Below, in pieces: positions 26,662 through 37,449 of a stretch of 64,000 bases of DNA. Location: the NCBI GenBank assembly GCA_038496445.1, contig JALMLS010000062.1:558001-622000 (forward strand), written 5' to 3'. The notes beneath the pieces were generated by a model, which was not told the DNA's origin, searched no databases, and saw only the letters and a program-made list of their open reading frames with translations. Each line of letters begins with the position of its first letter. Position 1 is the stretch's first letter. Both the position numbers and the translations under genes were made by a program. Source of the stretch: Trichosphaerium sp. ATCC 40318 (lineage: Eukaryota > Protista > Tubulinea).

Positions 26662-29532
26662 ATGTTAGCGTTACGGCACCTGCAAGCAAGGACCGTTCGT
26701 AAAGTGCGCATTAAAGCGTCTAAAACGTCAGTGCGGCGTTGTTCGCTTGCTGGCTTGTCTCCAAATGCCCAAGAGCACATAAAGAAGGTGCGGGACGAAG
26801 TATACGCGTATGAGGACATGGAGAACATGAAATCAAACTATTTGCGTAATGCTGCCACCTGGTGTTACAAGATAGCTACGAAATGGACAATAAAAGAAGT
26901 GGAGAGGCCTACAGTAGAGCAAATAGATCAAAGTACTTGTGGCTACTGTACAACGGTCAATATGAACTAACGTGTATAGTGGACACTGAAAAGCAGTTGA
27001 AATGGGCTACAACAATGCTGAATTTCAACATGTACCCACCAGATATTGAATACGCTGTCAATTGGTTAAAAGAGCTCGCGTATCAGCAAGGCACGCTCAA
27101 TAACTAGTACAACAAAAAACTAAGTAAGTTTAGATAGCGCAGACGCTAAATTCGGTACGAGGATGGTGACCAGCCTTGCGTAGTCTTTTTTATACACCAG
27201 GCAGCTTGGTTGCGTTGATACGGCGTGAATTAACTGTTTTTTTTTGTAGCTTTGTCTCAATTCTACGGAACAACGCGATACGCTCAATTACGTGATGAAA
27301 GAAAGCGTGGTTTGATATTATTCGATTTAACTGAGATTCATAAGCATCCACAAGCACTTGTACGTTAAAACAATGAGAAAGGTGTCGCTAGATTTATCTT
27401 TAAAACTCTCTCAAAGAGTCGTTCCTTTTTTTTTTTCAAATGCTTTTCGTTTCTTTTGATCGAGTCTGCGTAACCCTTATTTGCTTTAAATAGGAGATGA
27501 TGGCTTCAATGAAGCTAAGGTTAGGTGTTCTACCTCTTGCTGAGAAGGCTAATGTGTTGAGTGATATGAAGATTGCTGCGGATTCTGGTGTAAGAATCCC
27601 TTTTTTTTTTGCTATGAAAGGAAGCCATCCCTCTAAGATTTCTAACTTGTAGAGTGCTTCAGGATGTTATAGTTACTATAAATTACTCAAACAGATATAC
27701 CCTGACAAACACGAGGAATTAACAGAGTATTTAGAAAGAGCAGCATCGAAGGTAAGGAATTTTTATAATCAGTGCTTTTTTCTGATTGTATTTCTTAAGG
27801 GTAACCTCGAAGCCATGAAATTAGTTACGGACTACCACCAAGACTCAGAATTAGTATTAAAATATACTATACAGGCGCGCTAATAACTAATAAGCACTTA
27901 TATAACTAACATAGTTAAGTGTGCAAAGGGTGGTGATGGTGACAGCCTTGTCAAGTACGATTTGGCTTTTTGTTTACAAATGTTTTTTTTACTAAAAGTT
28001 CTTCAGGCTTGGAAACATGTATGAGCTTGGAACGCCCATGGTAAAAAAAGATGAACTTCGTGCTGCAATGTGTTATATGCGCGGAACTTTCCAAGCAAAG
28101 CACTGGGATGCTCAAGTACGTCTTTCATGGAAAAAACCTTAAAAATTAACGATTCATTAGCTAAGTCTCATTCGATGCTTGGCGAAGGGTATTGGCTTCA
28201 GTAAATGTCTAACAACTGCTAATATTTACATGCAAGATGTATGTTTAGTTGGTTGTAAACCAGTCCATGGAGCAACCTTTTTTAAGCACGTCTTGCAACG
28301 TTTATTGACTCTCAGTTTAGTTGTGGTATTGTAGTAGTTTATGGCAAAGAGAAAAGATGCAAGATGAACTCAAAAGGCTTGGAATAAGTGTGTTTGAAGG
28401 CGCTGATGCTGGATCTGTTATAAACGAGAAGTATAGTGATGATAGCTTTATTGAGAGGGAAAAACAACGCAGTAAACAAAATGAAACGTATCAAGAAGCT
28501 TTAAAGAGATTCGAAGAAGATCTTGCTAAGAGAAAGGCAGAAGCAGAAAAGAAACTTAAAAAGAAAGAAGAAATAAAGAAAAGGATAAAGGGAGAGTTAC
28601 CTAAAAGATATAAGAAGCCAAAGAGGGAGTTGGATTTACAATTTGAACAAGGAGTAAGTTTTTGGGTTTTTTTTTCGAAAGTTTTGATTTCGTTTACCTG
28701 CCTTTTTAATCTTTCTTATAGAAACCTAAAGATACTACTGACTACTTAAAATATCCAGAAAAGTATAAACAATATATTATAGAAGATACAGATGACTACA
28801 TTGTCATAGAGCGTACGTACAATTGCTTGCTTTTTCATCTTTTTTCATTTTCTCAACGAAGTTGTCATTTAATCTCCGTACTCTTATTCTCTAACATCAG
28901 TTTCTAATACTTTATTAAGCAATACAAAGAGTATCTCATACTCACTACTACGTGATTCCAAAGTTAGATAAAAATGTAACTAAGTACGAGCACATAACAA
29001 CAAAGCATGTACCGAAACTACAAGCAGCGAACAACAAAGCGAAGGAGATCATTCAAACTGAGTCTCAGAAGCATACTGGTCGTCGTGCTGAGTTTAAAAA
29101 AGGCTTTATAGCTGTACCACATGAAAGTCATGTTTGTATTCACGTGGTGTCAACAGGTACACATCCGTAATTTTTTTCTTATTTTTTTCTAATTTTTGTA
29201 TCAACAGATTTTGAGTTTGTCTCTTCGATACGTGCTTGGAATTGCTTCAATACAGATCTATTTATGGATGCTGATGAACTTATAAAAGGTGTAGAAGAAG
29301 GTGGTCAACTAAATGTACGTAATGGTTACTACTAATGAACGCGGCTTCGTTTAGTTGATTTTTTTTTAAGATTGATCGAGATGAGATTATGCCTTTGTAT
29401 AGGCAAGGGTATGCAGAATATGATGGTACAACGTACCGATTCCTTACATCTTTAACTACACATTATTTTTTGAATGATCCAGAAGTCCTCTGGAAGAAAG
29501 ACTTTGAAGAATCCAATCAAGAAAACAAATAA
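26662..29532 (+). CDS. Sel1-like repeat + coiled coil + degenerate aprataxin-like HIT domain protein, probably mitochondrial
   Basis: Arg-rich N-terminus without acidic residues. SLR motifs YLERAASKGNLEAM and LGNMYELG..VKKDELRAAMCY. C-terminal THYYVIP...FKKGFIAVPHESHVCIHVVSTDF...WNCFNTDLF aligns with aprataxin. Confidence 0.75.
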
Positions 29533-29648
29533 ATGTATTAATACAAAACATAAGTACAGAATTTGTACAGATTATAATAATCCAGCATGTGGACCCTGAT
29601 TAGTAAAAAAATTACATAATAAGCTAGGATCAATTCCGAAGTCGAGAA

Positions 29649-29752
29649 TGGAACAGGTAACATGACACTGTAATTTCATAGCGAAGCCTATTTTGCCGCT
29701 GGAACAGGTAACATGACACTGTAATTTCATAGCGAAGCCTATTTTGCCGCTG
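29649..29752. repeat. Perfect 51-bp direct tandem duplication
   Basis: TGGAACAGGTAACATGACACTGTAATTTCATAGCGAAGCCTATTTTGCCGC occurs at 29649 and 29700. Confidence 0.95.
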
Positions 29753-29908
29753 AAAATTAAGGTGTTTTTCAGTCAATGTATTTCCTGTAAACCGAGCAAA
29801 AAACAAGTTCCTTATTCGTTACTAAACTTCCACATGCGCTCTGTGGCCGAAATACAGGTTAGCGAAGAGCTTGAAACTAATGATAGTGTACAAAACAACA
29901 AAAGAAAA

Positions 29909-30915
29909 ATGACTACGTTATTTTCACGTTTCTCGCATCTACTAGGCCTCCCAGTGGAGTTACATAGCGAAATAGTTGATTTAGACGACGATTTGGATTT
30001 ACTTTGGCCAATCTTATCAAAACGCACAGCAACGACAACAAGGTTTGATTCAGAGTTAAACAGACATGGTAAATGGTTTAGACATAACAGCAGAGGTCAT
30101 CTTTTGGAGGAGTGTAATTATTCTAACGGTAAAATTGACGGAGAACGGTTTTGTGTTTGTAGTGAAGGAAGAGAATGGAAACAGTTCTATTATGTCAAAG
30201 GCAAAAAACATGGAGAGTATAAAAGATGGCATGATGAGCAATTAAGGGAACAATGTAATTATGTTGATGATAAGCGTGATGGAGAGTATATGTTCTTTTA
30301 TCCAAATGGAGAACTTAAATCATCATGTAATTATGTTAATGATATCCGAGATGGAGAATACAAAAAGTGGAAAGAAAACGGAATATTATCTGAGCAGTGC
30401 TTTTACAGCAATAATGAATTACATGGTGAGAGCAAGAGATAGTATGAAAACGGTACAATGGCGTGTGAGTGTAAGTATGTAAAAGATAAGCTAGAAGGAG
30501 AGTACAAGACATGGTTTTCCAATGAACAGTTAGAAGAGAAGTGCTATTACAACGATGGCGAGCGTGAAGGAGAAAGGCAAAGTTGGTATCGTGATGTACA
30601 GAGGCATAGGCATTGTTGCTATGCCAACGGTAAGCTAGAAGGAGAATACAAGCATTGGTATAGAGGAGGACAAATAGCTAGCAAAGCAATTATGTTGCTG
30701 GTAGGCTAGACGGAGAGTACAAGACATGGTTTTCCAATGGACAGTTAGAAGAGAAGCGCTATTACAACAATGGCAAGCGTGAAGGAGAAAGTCAAAGTTG
30801 GTATCGTGATGGACAGAGGCATGAGCACTGTCGCTACACCAATGGTAATCTCGAAGAAGAGTGCCAAGTATTGGATTATATTGTTGATATTGATGCAACT
30901 AAGAAATATGAATAA
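29909..30915 (+). pseudogene. F-box-like + MORN_2 repeat pseudogene
   Basis: HLLGLPVELHSEI...WPILSKR plus MORN repeats. In-frame TAG at 30440-30442 where Trp is expected (KR*YENG). 1-nt deletion near 30680. Internal duplication 30490/30705. Confidence 0.82.
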
Positions 30916-31235
30916 TATTGAGAAGGTCATTGGTGTTGCTAACGAAATATGCAAACTATCAAAAAATAATCAAAACACCAATTGGCAGGTATCTGGCTTT
31001 TGAAAGGCAAAAAAAAAAAAATCAATAAATCTGTCTAAAAAACACAAAATGACATTTTTTTTTGAAACCGCTCCTTTGGGGTTGTATGTCCAATTTTTGT
31101 AAAAAAAGTATACTTCCGCTTTGCGCAATGTAAGAATTCTATGGCATTGTAGTATTAAAGCCAAGAAATTCTGTGTACTTTACAAAAATAAACTGTGGAA
31201 AACTCAGGTAACTCATGCACAACAGCAAGCAATAT

Positions 31236-32922
31236 TCACGTGAAATAATAGCAATCGTTGTTTTGTCTCAAAATTTTGTTTTGAAAGTACAAGCATTGCT
31301 TCAGTAGACAAGGTAGACAAAAAGTGACACAACTATTTAAAAGAAAAAAATGTGCAACAGAATATATGATTAAATATTTATTATAAAGGTAAACCGTTAC
31401 AGAATAACCTGTCACGTACACACACAATACGATTAAGGAAACGAAAACACCTAAATAAAAAAAAAAGGAAATCCAAATAAAAAAAAAATAAATAGGACCC
31501 CCTTTGTCGGTTCATACCCAACACGACCAAACAAGGCACCTTTTAAAAACCTAAATGTTGAGAGGAAAGAGGAAAGATCTTTGGTTTGTCCCACAACACA
31601 ACACCAAGAGATCCACCTACAATAAAAAAACTCTCCAAAAAAAAAACCTCCTTTCTCGTGCCATATTTTTTTTCAACCAAAAAATGACAGACTTTCTACG
31701 CTGCTCCTCTCTTACGCCAATGAGATGAATTGATGGTCCATCAAATCTAGCGCAGTCGGAGGGTTGTCTCCTGGATAAAGACAAGCCTTCACAAAATCAA
31801 CCAGCAAGTGTTCCATACAGCTGCCTTGGCGAGGGAACCTTTTCAGGAACACATTCTTCACCTTTGAAAAAGCGAGGTAGTTAGCCTCAAACTTATTGGC
31901 ACTGGAATCCTCCTCAACAGGCACGTAGTCGTCACCTAACATGAGTCGCATTATCGTTACGCCGACTGCGAAAAGGTCGTTTCGTGCTGTGTACCCTCCA
32001 TACTCAGCGAAGGGCGACACAAAACCAGGAGTGCCCATAAAGTTTCTGAGCTTTCGAGTATCCTTTACATACCCGGAAGCACCGAAATCTGTGAGCCCTA
32101 CGGTCCCACCAGGAAACATCAAGATGTTATCTGGCGTTACATTGTTATGCACAATGCCATCGTCGTGTAGCTGAGAAAGCGTAGCTAACAGATCTGAAGC
32201 TACGCGTGCTGCAGATTCTATTGCTGGCTTTTTAAGCACATCTGACAGGGACCCGTACGCTCTGGGCATGGCAATAGCAACGCCATGGTCACAACGTAGA
32301 AAGCCAAGGGGTTTTACAATGCCTTTGTACTCGAGACTATCTGCGAAGTCGTATTCGCGCTCCTAGAGAAGTTGAGTAAGTATTTACGTCGTTTGAAACT
32401 AAAAAAAGCAAAAAGAAAAAAAAAAAGTACTTACAAGTGCCTTGGCATCCTCTGCGAATGATTCAGCAGTTCTATTTGCTGTGTCAATTACTTTGAGAGC
32501 TATGCTCTCGTCGGTATCGTTTCGCCGCGCTTTTAATACACGACACCTCCTGCTACTTCCGAGTAACTTCGCGGACGTTATTGTTGCCCAATCGGCACTT
32601 TGATTACTGCATTTCCTGTATGCAGAGACAGCGAAGCGAGCGATTGAACGAAATAATTTAGACATAGCGTTGTTACAGTAATACACGAGGTAAAAAAAGC
32701 TGTTAAGTAGAACTAAGTGAGGGAGTTGGCGGCAATTGTGCAACCGATAGTTTTCATAACTTTCATAAAAATCTTCTTTTTTTGATGAATTGGGAAAACA
32801 AAGTGAATCGGCATACCAAAGAAATACGTCTGACAGAATTTAGGAAACGCATGCGAATTGGCACGCCAAAAAAATTAAGCAGTGGCACGTGTGGGCCTCT
32901 CACAGAATAAATTCCTTTCAAA
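31236..32922 (-). repeat. ~1.7 kb segment duplicated in inverted orientation at 61704-63362
   Basis: Near-identical in the CDS, intron and promoter; 3' flank more diverged. Confidence 0.93.
31712..32665 (-). CDS. Protein kinase-like protein (probable pseudokinase), copy 1, one intron
   Basis: IALK, DFG, GTPGFVSP and DLFAVG are present, but the catalytic loop is HNNVTPDN and there is no GxGxxG. Confidence 0.85.
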
Positions 32923-33078
32923 GTTGCACCCAATGAAAACTAACTTTGTACCTATGAATAGACTACGTGTCGTTGATAAATATTGAGGAAGCTTGCTTAA
33001 GATGACGTTTTACGCGTTTTACTTCCAACAAACTTAGACATCTTGAGTCGCGTGGAAATACACTAGTGGGTTATTACT

Positions 33079-35772
33079 ATGCGCCAAGGTTCAAAATGAG
33101 GTGTTAGAAGTGTCTTACAAGTGTAGGAAAACGAAAAGCAGAAGCCGGCGTTGATAATGCAGTAACTATCAAGAAACAAAAGACTGAGGATGGGAAAGGC
33201 GATTCTGAAAGCTTAAATTCGTTTTACCGTGTTTTTGGAGAAAATGTACAATTTACATGGATACAATACAAAATAACGATTAATAGGCCAAACCAGAGAT
33301 AGAATTAAGATTTCCGAAAAAGAAAACGAAAGTAAAGTCTAAAGACGTTCAAGGCCTTGTATTATGGTTAAACGACGCCGGAGCTGCAGTTTCGTGGGCC
33401 TATGTGAAGGTACAATAAATTAATTACCAAAATGCACGATAAACGATCAAAACGTTGCCTATACGCAACTAAAACGCGTAAATCATACTAATCAATGTAG
33501 AATAAACCGCTCTTAAAAAATATTGTTACAATCGCGTTTGATGGCTTAGAGCAATACTTATACGACGGCGCTATGAACTACAGTACGTAAAACGAGATCT
33601 AGAACTTGTTTCCAAAGCAACATAATGATTAATCAGCCATTTTTTAATTAGATTGCTTTCCCAACATCAAAAGAATTTTTGGTGAAACTTACGATTACTC
33701 CTCCCCTGGCGGTAAAAATGTTGTACGTATAACACTGATGTGATAAATATCATACGTTTTAAAGAAGCATTTGATTGATTAACAAATGTTGTAGGCGTAC
33801 AATGGCGTTGACATTTTTATGAGTGTAAGCACAAAAAATTACAAAGATATCAGAAAGCAGGAGAGAAAAAAGAGGAAGAAGGGCAAGAAAAAGAAAGATA
33901 AGGAGTTAAAGAAAGGTAAGAACTTGTGTTGTAGTATTAAAGTAGGACCACTTGTTTTGTTGGAAAGCTGTTAGCGCTTTTTTTTCAATTTTTGTTGATT
34001 TTTTTTTCTTTAGTAAATATTACGCAACAGAAGCCGGAGTATTACTCTTTGACTGCGTCAGAGATGGAAGAGAATAATTATCCTTCATCTAAAACGCATC
34101 CGACATACTTAGATACAAATACATTCGCTAAAACAGATGATACTGAACACATGCTCGCTGTAGATTGCGAAATGGTACTTTTTTGTTGTCTGAATTGAAA
34201 GATCCTTTTCTGTCTCCTTGTGCTCGTCAACTTCTTTTATCTATTCCTTTTATCATATCAATGTATTATTACTTAATTTTATGTAGTGTAGAACATGTGA
34301 AGGCCTAGAGTTGACTCGGATTTCGATTGTAAATAGAAAGAATGAAAAAGTTTATGACTCTTTTGTTAAACCACCTAATCCAATCAATGATTATCTCACA
34401 CGTTGGAGTGGTATCTCTGAAGAGATACTAAGAGATGTTACAGTTACATTAAAAGATGTACAGGAGGACTTAAAGAGTATTATATATAGTAATACAGTTC
34501 TTGTTGGTCATTCTTTGGAGAACGACCTAATTGCTTTAAAAGTAAGTTGATTAATCAAAGGTTTTTTTTTTGTATTTTCTTTGCCTTTTACACTTTTTTT
34601 TTCATTCCTTGCGTAGCATAATATCTTCATTACGCTTTCTTTTGTTCCCTTAACCTTTAGTTTTTTCGATTCGTGTCTTTCTCTGTTCGATGTCAAGTGT
34701 TCAATGAATTCGTCTCGTTTTAACATTTTTGTTCTTTGATAGATGGTTCATGAACATGTTATTGATACAGCTTTGGCATATGGAACCCGTTCTGGATCTA
34801 GAGTCAGTAAACCAAAACTTAAAGACCTTGCAGCTCGAATTCTTAAGCTAACAATCCAAGTACGATCGCAAATACTGATTTTTTTTTGAGTATCAAAATG
34901 TGTTTGCTGACACACTTTTTGTAGATTGACACCCATGATTCTATACAAGACGCTCAAACAGCAATGTCGCTAGCATTACTGAAGATAAAAAATGGTATTT
35001 AATCGGCTCTGGTTGTCAGTACAAACAGTAATTTAGGATTAATGTTCGGAATTGATGGTGCTTCTACTGTTGGATTGCCTGTCATTCTAGAGAGTATCAA
35101 CAAGCGCTGTGCACTTGTTGATCTACCATACAAACTACGTATGCATAATAATTGTCATTTATATCCCGCAGAAGGACATACAGAGGTACCAATTTCCACA
35201 ATAAAAACTTTTGTGACTTATTCAACAAAGGTTCTTGCAGCAACGCTCAAGTCAATAAAGAATAATAATGTTTTCTTCACTTTTGCTCGATTTTCTGGTA
35301 TGTCTGGCCTTTGTTTACAGTTTATTTCTTACGAGCTTGCGTTATAGATCTTATTGAGTATTATAACGGCCAAGTACAACGTATTAAAAACCCTGTTGAC
35401 TCAAAGGAGATGGCTTCTTTATTCATTTCAAATGTTCGTTCTGAAAAAGATGAAAGGCTTGAGATTCTAAGGAAGATTGACCATTGTATTGGTGTTATAT
35501 ATGATAATCTAGATATTAATTCTTGTATTATGATGTTCTCCGGAAGTGGTAATATCGAGTACATCAAGCGGTGCGTTGAGCAAAAAAAAAGTTTTTTTTC
35601 TCGTTTTTTTTTCTTTCGAACTCTTCTGGTTCGTAGTTGTCTTATGTACTTTAGGATACATAAAGAGCAAAGTAATAGTACTTGGAGTAGTGACGATACA
35701 AAATTCTTACAAGATGCAGTAAGCAGAGAACGTTCTGGAGTGTTTGGTGTAAAAGTGAAGCACACAAAGTAA
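33079..35772 (+). CDS. DEDDh RNA exonuclease, REXO5/REX1/SDN5-like
   Basis: Motifs LAVDCEM, DYLTRWSGI, LVGHSLENDL, VIDTAL, HDSIQDA. N-terminal DVQGLVLW...WAYVKNKP block typical of REXO5-like proteins. Confidence 0.9.
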
Positions 35773-35987
35773 AACAATAAAAAAACTCGAGGAAAAAAAA
35801 AAAGTAGAGCTGTTTTAGCAGCGCACTTGTGCCTTTGGTAAAAAAGAGTGTAGGGCTAGTTTTGTTTATTGATAAACAAGATTAAGAGAACAGTTGACGC
35901 ATCAGCATGGTATTTTTTAAGTCAAAAAACGCGGATAGATTTTTTTTTTGATTTGTGTTTATGACGACTTTAGTTGTACAAGATGAT

Positions 35988-37020
35988 TCAGAAAAATACC
36001 TCATGAGGCCTATCATCTGGTTCTGGTAAATCGACGTAATTGACTAACCAATAAGTTGCAATGGAAAAAAAAGGAAAGCTAATTATAAGAGTATTCCTCC
36101 ACGTGACAATCTTAACCAAAACAGGAAGAAAAGTTAACAAAAAACAACTTTCTGTACAACCTATTTTTGTGTACCTGCCTACTTTTCCATAAACCTGTCC
36201 TTGCCCACATTGCGAAATGTTCACAGTTTCTAAACAAAAGGCTAAAGTTTTCTCTTCCTAAGAGTGATCGTGCGCGTTCAACGACTTGTTGGTTCGAATA
36301 CTTGCTCTTTACATCAAGCACAAAAATATCGCTTTCTGCTTTACTTTGCCATGAAGATAGTGGATTCTCTCTAATCCCCAAATCACTGTTAAGACCATGA
36401 GTATCATATTCGATGACTTTATGACCGACCTTATCATAAATACCGAAATGGTTGAACCTAAAAAAACGATTTCAGAAGAACAAAAAATGGTACCTCGCCA
36501 AAATCTTCCCAAAAAAACTCGCTCTAGGATAAAAAAATCCAACTTGCATTATGAGCAAAGAGATTGTAAGATATAAAAGCAACACTAGTACCATATTTTG
36601 TTGAAAAAAAAATCACGTGCTCGAAAAAAAGAACGAAAAGTTTTCAAAGGTTTTTTTTTGGGACTTTTTTTCGATAAAAAAACTGTTTTCATGTACCCGC
36701 TGCACCGGCGATAAATGATTGAACCATGTGGTAAGGGAGGCTTTACTTTCTGGGATTCAATAATAGCTTTCTTGGCATGATTGAACCAGAAGTAGTTGCC
36801 GATTTTTAGTTTACACTTTCCATCATCCGAAATAAAGTGTAATCCGTACCTACTAGATGGATATTATGTAAATGAACTATTTTAAACGCTACCAGATTGA
36901 TCTGTTTATAATATATTGTCCCTTATGTCTGGCATTATCCATACGACTATTAAAGTATCCCTCCTTTGTTAATACGCGAAATCCGTTAATTACATGCGAA
37001 TCACCCACAGTGAAATACAT
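35988..37020 (-). CDS. LRAT/PLAAT-like (permuted NlpC/P60) acyltransferase-fold protein with C-terminal hydrophobic segment
   Basis: Motifs NHFGIY, VVERARSLLG and FRNCEHFAMWARTG. Confidence 0.85.
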
Positions 37021-37449
37021 TTTATTAGTATCAGTTTTATATCGCGGTGTTTGAGTGTATTCTTAGTGATGTACTGGGAAAACTAAACTGATTGACACTT
37101 ATTGACTAAGCAAAGGCACTGTACAATCGCTTTTTGGGTGAATTTCATTGTGCTCCATCCAATACCATTGTGCTACATTCTGGCCTTAGTAACAAATGCG
37201 TTGCAGTAGACTGTTTGTGGCACCAAGAAAGCTGAAGACAAGATACAGTTGAAGAGATGACCTTTGCTCCCAATCCATGACGTCACAGCATAATGCATGT
37301 GATATAGCATTTTTGTGTTTAACCTTTAGGCTGAATTGAATCAAAGAATCAAAGTCTACAAATAGAAGTGATGAACTTGTGGCGAGTAGAGTATAAGATT
37401 ATTTTGGTTTATTTTACATTTTTTTATCCAGCATTTTTTTGTACATTGT

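Noticed and set aside
29649-29752. CRISPR-like repeat
   Set aside because: Two abutting copies with no spacer, no cas genes, and a eukaryotic context.
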